A stretch of DNA of 23,272 bases from an uncultured archaeon (lineage in GTDB: Archaea > Asgardarchaeota > Lokiarchaeia > Sigyniarchaeales > SOKP01): the NCBI GenBank assembly GCA_964493715.1, contig CAZBPC010000051.1, positions 1 through 23,272 of the forward strand, in the 5' to 3' direction. The translations under genes were made by a program, and so were the position numbers. Below the pieces are notes generated by a model. The model saw only the letters and a program-made list of their open reading frames with translations. It was not told the origin of the DNA and ran no database searches. Of this stretch, positions 1-9,067 are shown piece after piece; the first letter of the stretch is position 1, and each line of letters opens with the position of its first letter.

Positions 1-43
1 CTGAAGCATGGCAAGATTGAGCGCACTTTTTTCCCGTACCCAT
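1..43 (-). CDS. 5' end of a probable gene running off the window ([14 protein letters not shown]...)
   Basis: ATG at 43-41 with AGGA about 10-13 nt upstream; frame open to the window edge; CxxxCH present; too short to identify. Confidence 0.45.
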   Translation of the reverse strand, partial: MGTGKKCAQSCHAS

Positions 44-141
44 TTTTAAATCTGTCCTAATAAGGATTACTTGTTTATATTCTTCCACGATATTTAAAAC
101 CTATAATGTATTAAGGAATCAGTTTATATATTGATTTTGAC

Positions 142-657
142 TCATTCAAATTCTATGCGAGTAACATTGCCAGTTAGCTCAAGAACTAATTCCTCAAGTT
201 CTTCCGGGGTGAAAAGTAGTTTTTCCTTATCAGATTGAGTAAGTATTGCCCTAAACTCAATTTCACCAGTTGCGAGAAAAATTTCATTCAAGGAAAGGAG
301 CTTGTATGGAGCAATTAATGCATCTATAACTGGTCTTGGCTTGCTTGTTTTTTCAATTAATATTAAATTGTCAATTTCATAAGTTTCTTTTAACCAATTA
401 ATCAGTTCAGGCTTGATACGTAATTTATCCTTTTTTCCAACAACAAGAATTACTACATCTTCATAATCTATAGCTTTGAAAAATGACACTTCTCGTAAAA
501 AGGAAAAATTTTCATTTTGTTCTTCTGCTTCAAGTAAACTCTTTGCTATATCCAACTCAAACTCAGTAAGCTCCCCATTATCAAGTTTATCTTGACAAGA
601 AGTACAAAGGAATCCAGAATGAACACATGTTTTACACGCTGGTAATGTCTTAACCAT
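142..657 (-). CDS. Archaeal NusA-like paralog (N-terminal Zn-binding Cys cluster plus degenerate KH-like region)
   Basis: LPACKTCVHSGFLCTSCQDKLDNGELTEFELDIAKSLL matches the CxxC-x6-CxxC start of the archaeal NusA-like family (recalled as PRK06418); C-terminus LTGNVTRIEFE is typical. Confidence 0.8.
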   Translation of the reverse strand: MVKTLPACKTCVHSGFLCTSCQDKLDNGELTEFELDIAKSLLEAEEQNENFSFLREVSFFKAIDYEDVVILVVGKKDKLRIKPELINWLKETYEIDNLILIEKTSKPRPVIDALIAPYKLLSLNEIFLATGEIEFRAILTQSDKEKLLFTPEELEELVLELTGNVTRIEFE

Positions 658-695
658 TTCAACTCAATATTTTTAATATATAATAGTAATTAATA

Positions 696-890
696 CTACA
701 ATTCAATTACATCGCATTTAACATTCATCAATAATCGATCTGCAGTCGTTGGGTCCGTTTTAAACGTAAATAAATGTTTTTGTGTCCTTAATTTTAATTT
801 AACAAAACCTTTTACCCGTTTCACTCTACAATGAACAGCATATTCAGAATATCTAATAAAATCTTCTTCACTAAAAATTTCCTTCGGCAA
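696..890 (-). CDS. rpl38e: 50S ribosomal protein L38e (TTG start)
   Basis: 64 aa; MPKEI...CRVKRVKGFVKLKLRTQKHLFTFK is the eL38 signature (KxKxRTxxxLYT). Confidence 0.9.
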   Translation of the reverse strand: MPKEIFSEEDFIRYSEYAVHCRVKRVKGFVKLKLRTQKHLFTFKTDPTTADRLLMNVKCDVIEL

Positions 891-1036
891 TTTTACTCAA
901 CTAACTTTACGTTTACTAATAAATCAATTAACTAATAGAAATTTTAATAGAATTTTAATTTTTTCTTTATAATTACATTAGATACAAAAATTTTAATTCT
1001 TAAAACAATTTTAACTCATATTATTTAGGTTGGCAA

Positions 1037-1045
1037 TTTTATATA
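1037..1045 (+). promoter_or_regulatory. Candidate TATA box for rpl40e
   Basis: TTTTATATA about 30 nt upstream of the GTG start; GAGGA SD-like motif at 1062-1066. Confidence 0.45.
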
Positions 1046-1074
1046 CAACCTACAAGAATACGAGGAAATGAACA

Positions 1075-1239
1075 GTGAGCCCTATAGATGATTTAGAAAA
1101 ACGAAAAATCGCCAGATTTCACTTACTCGATAAAAGCGTTTGCCGAAGATGTGGCGCTCTTAATCCCGTAAAAGCAAAAAAGTGTCGTAGATGTCACGGA
1201 AAAGATCTTCGCCCGAAGAAAAAAGAACTGGCGAAATAA
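1075..1239 (+). CDS. rpl40e: 50S ribosomal protein L40e (54 aa, GTG start; absent from the ORF track)
   Basis: Manual translation [54 protein letters not shown]; CRRC-x10-CRRC-LRPKK is the eL40 Zn-ribbon signature. Confidence 0.95.
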   Translation: MSPIDDLEKRKIARFHLLDKSVCRRCGALNPVKAKKCRRCHGKDLRPKKKELAK

Positions 1240-1292
1240 TTCAAATCTGACCTCTAGCTTCTTTTATATTATCTTAAACAATAATTCAAAGT

Positions 1293-1508
1293 ATGTCAAA
1301 ATCATATCTTTTAGTAAATGATATTTTGAGGAAATTATTAAATATCATTATGAATGAGATTCCTTATAACCTCTTAAAAGACATCATAATTACTCCTATA
1401 GGCGTGATCAAATCAGAAATTATCGAAGATGATATAAAGGGAGAATATAACTTAGCCGTTATTTTCATCCAATTATATAACGAAGAATTTGTCCAAACAG
1501 AAAAATAG
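1293..1508 (+). pseudogene. Short ORF, possibly a remnant of a TsaA/TrmO-like N-terminus
   Basis: IIITPIGVIKS resembles the conserved xxPIGxIxS start of TrmO/TsaA; the rest of the domain is absent. Confidence 0.25.
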
Positions 1509-1534
1509 TTTTATCACGTTTTTCTCAATGCAAA

Positions 1535-3448
1535 TCAGAGGTTTTTCAATTTTTCCTGTTCTTTTTTCTTTCTTTTTTCTATTTTTTTCTTTTGTTTTTC
1601 TAGCTTTTTTCGCTCTTTTAACTTTTGTTTCGTTTCTTTTTCTTTCTGCTTTCTTTCTTGTTTCAGCTCCTGAAGTTCCTGTTTTTCTCTTTCAATAGCT
1701 TCTCGTTCTTCTCTCTCCTTTTCTAGTCTTTCCCTTTCTAACCTAAGGATCTCTTTCTTCTCTCTTTCAATTTTTTCTAGTCCTTCTCTTTCTAATTGTT
1801 CTTGGGCCAATCTTTCTTTTTCTAGATGAATTCGTTCGAGATGCTCTCGTTCTTTTCTCTCCCTCTCTTGCATTTCTCTTTCTCTTCTTTCTCGTTCTAA
1901 CCTTTCTAATCGTTCTTTCTCTAAGCGGGCTTTTTCTAATCGTTCTCTTTCCAATCTTTCGTTTTCCTCGATCTCAAAAAGCCATTTATCTACCTTTCGC
2001 GCTAAATCCACTTTTTCTTTTTCAGGTAATCCAAAACCTGATTCTTTTTTAACATAAATATTAGCGTATTTACTCATTTCCCAGATTTTATTCTGATGTA
2101 ATGTGGTTGCGCTAACACCCATATGTCTTGCACTCTCTCTCGCGAGTTCAAAAGCTTGTCCAATAGATCGCATTTCATAATTTTCTTCAATAACTTTTTT
2201 TAGATATAGAAGTATTTGTTTAATGTCTGCTTTAGGGGGTGGGGGTAATGGTTTAACTTCAACACTTTCAGACTTTAAAGTATCCAATTTAAAGGTTTCT
2301 TGTTCGATTTCTCGTATTTCCACGAGTCCAATATCAGAACTTGGGACAACTTCTTTGGTCCATTCTGCGGGTGGTTCAACTAGTTTAGGCAATACTTTGG
2401 GTTCTTTTTTTGCTCTTCTTTTAAATTGCGTCGGCCAACTGATAAATTCAAAAAGACGATCTTCCGCAGAAGCAAAGATAGACGCTTTAGAAGGCCCCCT
2501 AGCACCGGAAGTTCTTTGTTTTGAAGAAATTGGTGGCATATTCTGACCTAAATTCAATGCTGCTTGTTCTATTATAGAAAATAAGTACATGGGATCTAAC
2601 TCAAGATTAGAATAAATACTCTTCAAAATCTTGATATTATCCTCAATAATGGTGAGATTTATAGGAGAGATAGTATCCTCTAAAAGTTTGTCGACCGCAA
2701 AGTTGATCGCATCTAATCCCGCTGTTGAATCGAGGTATGTAAAATCATCGATTGCAGTTAATGCATATATTTCATTAGACACTAAAATTTGGTTAAAAAA
2801 GTCCCAATGTGCGCTTAAAATCATATGACCCGAGTTTGAAATCTGGTAGGAATCCTCCATACGAACTTTTTCCATCATTTCCAAAAAAATATCCTTATTA
2901 GGGATGAACACATTTCGCATTAATGCCCCCTTTATAAAGGTTAAGTGATCCTCTGATTTGTTAGACAGATCAATAGGTACTTTTATCACTTTCTCTGCTA
3001 TAATTACGTCGGGATCCTCTTCTAAAGTTACATTTTCTGAAGTAGCCATGTGATCATATACAAAGTCTGTTAGTATTAATCCGGTTAGTATTCTATTATC
3101 TGTAATATATTTACCAGATTCTAATTCAAATTTTAGGAAATAATATCCCAAGCCAAACAGGTAGTGAAGAGCCCCTTTCGCAGTCTGGATTGAATAGTCA
3201 TAACCGCTTAAAAACATAACTGTGTCCGAAACTATTTTTGATACGGGATGATGAGCATAAATGCCTAATGTGGGATAACCTAATAAATCGCTCCAACTAG
3301 GAATTATAAAAAGACAGTAGTTAGGAAATAATTTATTCTCCATTTTCTGTTTTTCAAGTCGGTCCTTTTCAAATTTTTCTCTTTCAAGTCGTTCATTTTC
3401 TAACCTTTCCTTTTCTAACTGTTCTTCATTTATTTTCTCTATTCCCAT
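1535..3448 (-). CDS. Hypothetical 637-aa protein: globular core, Pro-rich linker, ER/K-rich helical repeats at both ends
   Basis: Long clean ORF; (E/K)RLE(K/R) pentad repeats at aa 7-36 and in the last ~145 aa; KPLPPPPK linker. Confidence 0.85.
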   Translation of the reverse strand: MGIEKINEEQLEKERLENERLEREKFEKDRLEKQKMENKLFPNYCLFIIPSWSDLLGYPTLGIYAHHPVSKIVSDTVMFLSGYDYSIQTAKGALHYLFGLGYYFLKFELESGKYITDNRILTGLILTDFVYDHMATSENVTLEEDPDVIIAEKVIKVPIDLSNKSEDHLTFIKGALMRNVFIPNKDIFLEMMEKVRMEDSYQISNSGHMILSAHWDFFNQILVSNEIYALTAIDDFTYLDSTAGLDAINFAVDKLLEDTISPINLTIIEDNIKILKSIYSNLELDPMYLFSIIEQAALNLGQNMPPISSKQRTSGARGPSKASIFASAEDRLFEFISWPTQFKRRAKKEPKVLPKLVEPPAEWTKEVVPSSDIGLVEIREIEQETFKLDTLKSESVEVKPLPPPPKADIKQILLYLKKVIEENYEMRSIGQAFELARESARHMGVSATTLHQNKIWEMSKYANIYVKKESGFGLPEKEKVDLARKVDKWLFEIEENERLERERLEKARLEKERLERLERERREREMQERERKEREHLERIHLEKERLAQEQLEREGLEKIEREKKEILRLERERLEKEREEREAIEREKQELQELKQERKQKEKETKQKLKERKKLEKQKKKIEKRKKKEQEKLKNL

Positions 3449-3644
3449 AATGTTAACTCTTAAAAAATTTTTTAATTTTTCAAAATATAAATATGATAAT
3501 AATAGATGTATTAAAAGTTACTTATAACACTTAAAGGACATTTCTTTATGGTTCAAGATATTTCATCTTTAGAGTAGTTCCTTCTCGCGGCATTATTATA
3601 AATTTTAAAAACCTCATAAGCAGAGAACTAAAATCTTTCAGTTA

Positions 3645-4379
3645 TCAATGTATAGCTTTTTCTTCTTCAGCTTTTCCCTCTACTTTAGACATTTTTTTCA
3701 CAACCTTTTGGTACGTTAATACATAGCCAGTAAGTAATCCAAACGATCTTAAAGCAGCTTTATGGATTTCGGGACTCCAAGCTGCACAACAGTCTTCCAC
3801 GATAACGGCTTGAAAACCATAGTCGGCAGCCTCTTGTGCTGTTGCGTATACACAAAAATTTGTTACTACTCCTGTTACTAAAACGGTCTCAATATCCATA
3901 TTTCTTAAAAAGCTCTCTATTCTAGTAGACATGAATGTTCCGCTGGTGTTTTTCTGAATAACAAAATCTCCCTCATCGGGCATTAATTCATCGATTATAT
4001 CAGAGCTATGGTGACCTATATATGGAAATGCCACTTCTCCTACGAGATTCTTGCTAAAATTATTTAAGAACTTAGTGCTTTTTGTAAGATCACTTCCATC
4101 AGGCATGAAGCTCGAATATTTTGTGTATATTATGGGGATTTTAGCTTCACGACAAAAATCTATCAATTTTCGTAAATTTGGAGTAACTACGTTTTCCACT
4201 TCTTTTATAAAATAATCAAATATTCCGGGAGTAACCTTGTTCATTGCCTTATAAGCAGCGCAATCCTTCTGCACTTGATATTTTTGCATGTCAACCACAA
4301 TTAAAGCTGTTTGCTTCGGTGATATATCCCCAATTAGCCTTTGGTGAAATTTATAAAAGTCTTTTATTTTGTCCTCCAT
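3645..4379 (-). CDS. Isochorismatase-family cysteine hydrolase
   Basis: TALIVVDMQ (Asp), IQKNTSGTF (Lys) and GVVTNFCVYATA (Cys) catalytic triad motifs. Confidence 0.92.
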   Translation of the reverse strand: MEDKIKDFYKFHQRLIGDISPKQTALIVVDMQKYQVQKDCAAYKAMNKVTPGIFDYFIKEVENVVTPNLRKLIDFCREAKIPIIYTKYSSFMPDGSDLTKSTKFLNNFSKNLVGEVAFPYIGHHSSDIIDELMPDEGDFVIQKNTSGTFMSTRIESFLRNMDIETVLVTGVVTNFCVYATAQEAADYGFQAVIVEDCCAAWSPEIHKAALRSFGLLTGYVLTYQKVVKKMSKVEGKAEEEKAIH

Positions 4380-4592
4380 AAAATCACGTATTTTTTTTCT
4401 GACTAGTTTGTAACTATTGGATATATTCTAATTTTTGATCCATTCATTTTAAATCTTATTGGTTCCACGTATATGAGGATCAATTTACTGAAAATATACA
4501 TATTATGGTGACCTATTCAATAGATTAATTCTGTAATTTTTTTTTATATTGATTCTTTCTAAAAATAATGAATTTGTTAGAGGTAATTAGAT

Positions 4593-4985
4593 ATGCAAAA
4601 TAATAGATATGATAGAGGATGGGAAAAATTAAAAGAAATTGATGGTGAAGCTGGAGAGAAAATTATTGAAAGTCTTAAAGAAGTTGCTCCAGAATTCGGA
4701 AAGTTTATCATCGAATTTCCTTTTGGAGATATTTATTCTCGATCAGGATTAGATTTAAAATCACGAGAAATAGCTACTGTTGCAGCATTAACAGCCTTAG
4801 GACATGCTTTACCTCAGCTAAAGGTACATGTTCATGGAGCATTAAATGTGGGATGTAGTCGTAAAGAAGTGATTGAAGTTATCATTCAAATGGCTGTTTA
4901 CGCAGGTTTTCCAGCTGCTTTGAATGCCATATTTGCAACTAAAGAGGTTTTTGATGAACGGGATAAAAAAGGACTCGATAAATAA
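4593..4985 (+). CDS. Carboxymuconolactone decarboxylase (CMD) family protein
   Basis: FGDIYSRSGLDLKSREIATVAAL, QLKVHVHGALNVG, AVYAGFPAALNA; no AhpD CxxC; GAGGT SD upstream. Confidence 0.93.
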   Translation: MQNNRYDRGWEKLKEIDGEAGEKIIESLKEVAPEFGKFIIEFPFGDIYSRSGLDLKSREIATVAALTALGHALPQLKVHVHGALNVGCSRKEVIEVIIQMAVYAGFPAALNAIFATKEVFDERDKKGLDK

Positions 4986-5054
4986 ATCTATTTATTTTTT
5001 TTTATATTTTACTTAAATTTTTATTGAAATCAGACGCTGAATTTATCTTTGAAA

Positions 5055-6932
5055 TTATAACAAACCCTCTTTTTTAAGCTTCAATTCCACATCTTCTAAG
5101 TCCAACTTTCGTAATATTTCAGAAGTGGGCACTCCTTTTTCGTTCCACCCCACCGCGGTATAATATTCGGATTTTAGCTTCTCAAACGCATTTTTATCTA
5201 TTGATTTTCCTTTATGCGGTCCCGAGGGGAGAGGTTCCCAAAATCTAGACGGTAGCGTATCATCTTGCTTTGATCTCCATTCAGCATCCGGTCCCCCAAG
5301 CAGTGACACCGTTCTCTGTAATTGTAAAATTCTTAAACCATTTTCGCTGAACCAACTTTCTTTTGTTAATTCCCAACCTGTAACTGCTTGATAAAAACTT
5401 GCAATTTGATCGAAATCTAGGGTAAAGGTGGTAAAGAAACAATACACTGCAGAATCGCTCAGAATTGAGTGTAATTCGCTTTCTTCTCCGTCAATAGGTA
5501 GGGCTGCTGACGAGGTATGGTCTCCTGCTTGAACCGATACGCTATATCCAATCGAAGTTGTTGTAACCATATCTTCACCGCTTCTGATGCCGTGAGCTCC
5601 GATTGCCATACCTTTAAGCTGAACTGCATACTTGAGAACTTCTGATTTTTTCGTTTCTTCAAGTTTCAAGGCCGCCCGATATATACCTTCTGCTAATATG
5701 TCTCCAATCCCTTCTCTAAAAGCAATTTTTCTGGCTAATTCTGCAAACGCATCAACATTTCCCCATTCGAGATTAATTCCTCCTAAATCTTCTTTTGAAA
5801 GGATACCTCTTTGGAATAATTCTCCGGTAAAACCCAAAATTGCTCCGCCTTGAATACCACAAAATCCTAATTCTTCAATTACATACGATAGATAAATGTT
5901 CTGCTCCGGTGAAAAAATGCCCAAGTTAGTCCCCAGGAATGCCTCAAGCTCGTAATCGGGATTATCACAGATTGCTCCAGCGTATTTTCCATCTCTTAAC
6001 ACCCCCAATTTTAGGCATGTAACAGGACAACCGTAATCTCCCCAGTATTTTTTTACCCAAAGTTTGTCGAATTCTTCGCCTTTATAACTTTTCTCATTAT
6101 GCCATTCTTCCTGCCAATTTCTGACTGGCTCTGAACTTGAGTCAGCGCCAAACGTATATCCTCCCGAGCCCGTACCCCAACGTCTAAAAAATTCTATCTT
6201 AAAACAATTATTAGAAAATTCCTGCGATAGTTCGAGCATTTTATCCTGATCAATCACATCTGGTAAGGACCCAAAACCTTTCACAACCACAGCTTTCAAG
6301 TTTTTAGAACCCATTACACCACCGTATCCACCGTAACCAGCAGCGTGTGCATACTTTGCTTCTACGGCTGCTACTCTGGATTTATTTTCTCCCGCCGGAC
6401 CTATGTAAAGCACCGAAGGTTCCTTAAACTGTCCATAATTAGGATGAATCTTTTTGATGTCGTTAATCGAATCCTTTACGAGATAACGCATAGATTCTCT
6501 GCCATTTTTCCCCCATATGTGTGAAGCATCTTTAATTTCTATGTGATCGTCACAAATAAATACGTAACTCGGTTTTTCAGCCTTTCCCGTAAAAATTATT
6601 CCGTCATAACCTGCACATTTTAATTCCACACCAAACTCTCCTGCGACTGTGGAACCTATAATTCCATTACCTTGGGGGGATTTTCCAGTTACGCAAATTC
6701 TAGCACCAAGAAAATATCCCGTTAAAGGACCAGTAAGCATGAGTAAAATATTTTCAGGACCTAGAGGATCAATCGTCTCCCACTTATTTCCAAGCCGATT
6801 CCACAATATCTTTACTCCTAAACCCCTTCCTCCCATATAATCCTGTAGAATTTTATCTGAAAACGTAATTTCTTCAACTTTTTTATTTGTCAGATTTATT
6901 TCCAGAAATTTTCCTGCATAACCATTCACCAT
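5055..6932 (-). CDS. Tungsten aldehyde:ferredoxin oxidoreductase family, WOR4-like
   Basis: GGRGLG, DPLGPEN, ELKCAGYD, IGPAGEN, GGVMGSKNLKAV; HAAGYGGYG, EPVRNWQEE, KKYWGDYGCP and GAHGIRS match my recollection of Pyrococcus WOR4. Confidence 0.9.
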   Translation of the reverse strand: MVNGYAGKFLEINLTNKKVEEITFSDKILQDYMGGRGLGVKILWNRLGNKWETIDPLGPENILLMLTGPLTGYFLGARICVTGKSPQGNGIIGSTVAGEFGVELKCAGYDGIIFTGKAEKPSYVFICDDHIEIKDASHIWGKNGRESMRYLVKDSINDIKKIHPNYGQFKEPSVLYIGPAGENKSRVAAVEAKYAHAAGYGGYGGVMGSKNLKAVVVKGFGSLPDVIDQDKMLELSQEFSNNCFKIEFFRRWGTGSGGYTFGADSSSEPVRNWQEEWHNEKSYKGEEFDKLWVKKYWGDYGCPVTCLKLGVLRDGKYAGAICDNPDYELEAFLGTNLGIFSPEQNIYLSYVIEELGFCGIQGGAILGFTGELFQRGILSKEDLGGINLEWGNVDAFAELARKIAFREGIGDILAEGIYRAALKLEETKKSEVLKYAVQLKGMAIGAHGIRSGEDMVTTTSIGYSVSVQAGDHTSSAALPIDGEESELHSILSDSAVYCFFTTFTLDFDQIASFYQAVTGWELTKESWFSENGLRILQLQRTVSLLGGPDAEWRSKQDDTLPSRFWEPLPSGPHKGKSIDKNAFEKLKSEYYTAVGWNEKGVPTSEILRKLDLEDVELKLKKEGLL

Positions 6933-7462
6933 TCATACACCTCCTCAGTTGCTTTTTCACCCAATAGTTTTCTTGCAATTTCATATGCAAGTTCCTTAGG
7001 AGTTTTTGTGGATGATTTTTCCGTTTCCGCGTCTTGACCCTCTAAAAGAATCAAAGTATCCCACTTACCTTCTTGACAAGCCGCTGTACATTTCGGTTTT
7101 CCACCACATAAATCGCAAATCACTATATAACCCTCTTGAGGATGGAGATGGGGTACACTTCCAGGACAGGCATTAATGCACGTTCCACATGCGGTACATT
7201 TCGATTTATCAGTGATTACGGCTCCTGTATGATCGTCTATTGATAGAGCTTCCTCGGGACACGCTTCAACGCACGGATAATCTTCACATTGAAAACAGAG
7301 ATGAGGTATTTCAACACCTGGAACAAACATGAAAACTCTAACCCTTGAAGCTTCCGGCCAAATTTTCCCTTCGTGATGTAGAGAACATGCAATCTCACAT
7401 CTTCTGCATCCGCTGCATTTTTCATAAATTCTTTTTATCCACAGATTATTTACATCTTCCAT
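6926..7462 (-). CDS. 4Fe-4S dicluster (DmsB/CooF-like) electron-transfer subunit
   Basis: CSGCRRCEIAC, CFQCEDYPCVEACP, CTACGTCINACP, CDLCGGKPKCTAAC; 7-nt overlap with the AOR start suggests translational coupling. Confidence 0.92.
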   Translation of the reverse strand: MEDVNNLWIKRIYEKCSGCRRCEIACSLHHEGKIWPEASRVRVFMFVPGVEIPHLCFQCEDYPCVEACPEEALSIDDHTGAVITDKSKCTACGTCINACPGSVPHLHPQEGYIVICDLCGGKPKCTAACQEGKWDTLILLEGQDAETEKSSTKTPKELAYEIARKLLGEKATEEVYEW

Positions 7463-7903
7463 ATCAATACCTGACTACTTTTAAATGACCATTTGTTATT
7501 AATTCTTTTCTTATTTTTTGTAAATTAATAAACGATGATAGAATTGCTAATTATTAAGCCAAACGCTTAAAGAATTAAAAAGGATAATCATTAACTCACT
7601 ACGGAAATACTTACAAACTCAAATAAAGTAAATCTAATGAAAAAAAATTAAGATCTTAATAATGAGGTTATATAAAGTATAAAAAAACTTTTTGTTAGTA
7701 ATTCCAAGTTTTTTGAGTTTTAATTTTAAGCTCATAAGTGAATCTCGAATTTCAGGAACATTTTTATCTTTCCACGTTAATAAGTGAATATTCATTATTT
7801 ACATAATTTAGTCATTCTATTAAAAATATACACTCCAAGGAATAATGAATCTTAAGCACTTTTGCCATAGAGTTTCTTTAATTTATCCTTGCAAATTTTG
7901 AAA

Positions 7904-8485
7904 TTACTTCTCCTTACTTTGTAAAGAGGTAGGTGCTTCTTTTTTTGGTCTTCCCAAATATCTCGGAGTAGTTTTTAGATATTGCTGATAAGCTTCACCA
8001 TATTTCTTCTTTAAGAAAGTTTCTTCAAGGATGACAGTCCAGTGAAAATAAGGTATAGTAATAATGAAATAAATTAAAAAAATGATGCTCCAGATTGATT
8101 CTGACCAACCCATTAGGGTTAAACCTAAATACAAGATTGTTGTACCTACATAAATTGGATTTCGTGAGTAATGATGAATTCTGGAAGTCGTAAGTCCTTT
8201 ATTATATGCAAATGAATGTAATGCTATCTCTCCAATAACCAAACCTACAATAAATATTGGGAATCCAATAAAAAATAACACCCCAAAATTAACGGGAACA
8301 AAAAAACTAATTGCTAACCCTCCAAATAGCCAGATCATTGCAATAACAATAATCTTTTTATCAGCAAATAAAAATTCGGGATCATCAAAAGGTTTTCCTC
8401 GTTTATGATTTGCCCATACTTGCGTAGAATATGCTATTATATAACTAATTCCATAAAAAATCCATAAATTATTGAGAATTGACAT
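7904..8485 (-). CDS. Isoprenylcysteine carboxyl methyltransferase / PEMT-like membrane protein (paralog 2)
   Basis: Multiple TM helices; LTTSRIHHYSRNPIYVG and EETFLKKKYGEAYQQYLKTTPRYL are Ste14/ICMT motifs. Confidence 0.88.
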   Translation of the reverse strand: MSILNNLWIFYGISYIIAYSTQVWANHKRGKPFDDPEFLFADKKIIVIAMIWLFGGLAISFFVPVNFGVLFFIGFPIFIVGLVIGEIALHSFAYNKGLTTSRIHHYSRNPIYVGTTILYLGLTLMGWSESIWSIIFLIYFIITIPYFHWTVILEETFLKKKYGEAYQQYLKTTPRYLGRPKKEAPTSLQSKEK

Positions 8486-8496
8486 AACAATTTCAC

Positions 8497-9051
8497 TTAA
8501 TTAGGTTCTTTTTTTCTTGATTTTCCTAGATATCTTGGTGTTTTTTCTAAATATTCTTTATAAGATTCACCATATTTCTTGGAAAGAAATTTTTCTTCGT
8601 TTAATACAACCCAATGAAGGTAAGGTATGGTTATTAGAAAGTAAATGAAAAAGATGATACTCCAAATCGATTCAGACCACCCCATTAAAGCTAATCCAAA
8701 ATAAAATATGACCCATCCCACATAATTTGGATTTCTTGAATATTGATGTATTTTTGATGTAACAAGTCCAGATTTCTGTGCAAAGCTGTAGAAAGTGAGT
8801 AAAACTATAATAAACCCTATTGCACCAAAGATTAATCCAATGTAAAAGAGGAGCACAAAATTTACGGGTACAAAAAGGCTAATAGCAAATCCTCCAAAGA
8901 TCCATATCAAGGAAAGCACAAAGCCAAACTTTTTACTCTTTAGAAATTCTGGGTCTTCAAATGGTTCTCCACGTTTTTTATTAGCCCAAATCTGAACAAT
9001 CATAGCAATACCATAACCGCTGACATAAACTACCCATAAATTTATTGACAC
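8497..9051 (-). CDS. ICMT/PEMT-like membrane methyltransferase (paralog 1, GTG start)
   Basis: LVTSKIHQYSRNPNYVG and EEKFLSKKYGESYKEYLEKTPRYL; collinear with the neighbouring paralog. Confidence 0.88.
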   Translation of the reverse strand: MSINLWVVYVSGYGIAMIVQIWANKKRGEPFEDPEFLKSKKFGFVLSLIWIFGGFAISLFVPVNFVLLFYIGLIFGAIGFIIVLLTFYSFAQKSGLVTSKIHQYSRNPNYVGWVIFYFGLALMGWSESIWSIIFFIYFLITIPYLHWVVLNEEKFLSKKYGESYKEYLEKTPRYLGKSRKKEPN

Positions 9052-9067
9052 CGTTCTATCACACTAA

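Noticed and set aside
2235-2245. GGGGGTGGGGG tract (possible G-quadruplex or phase-variable site)
   Set aside because: Explained by the antisense polyproline codons; only two long G runs
1489-2828. Plus-strand ORFs 1489..1698, 2223..2546 and 2631..2828
   Set aside because: Antisense shadows of the 637-aa gene; the Phe/Leu/Ser richness mirrors the E/K/R repeat codons
4007-4516. 13-nt direct repeat TATGGTGACCTAT at ~4007 and ~4504
   Set aside because: One copy lies inside an intact CDS; no other sign of an element; probably chance
5459-7425. Small alternative-frame or antisense ORFs inside the AOR and Fe-S genes
   Set aside because: Fully overlapped by well-supported genes; no motifs
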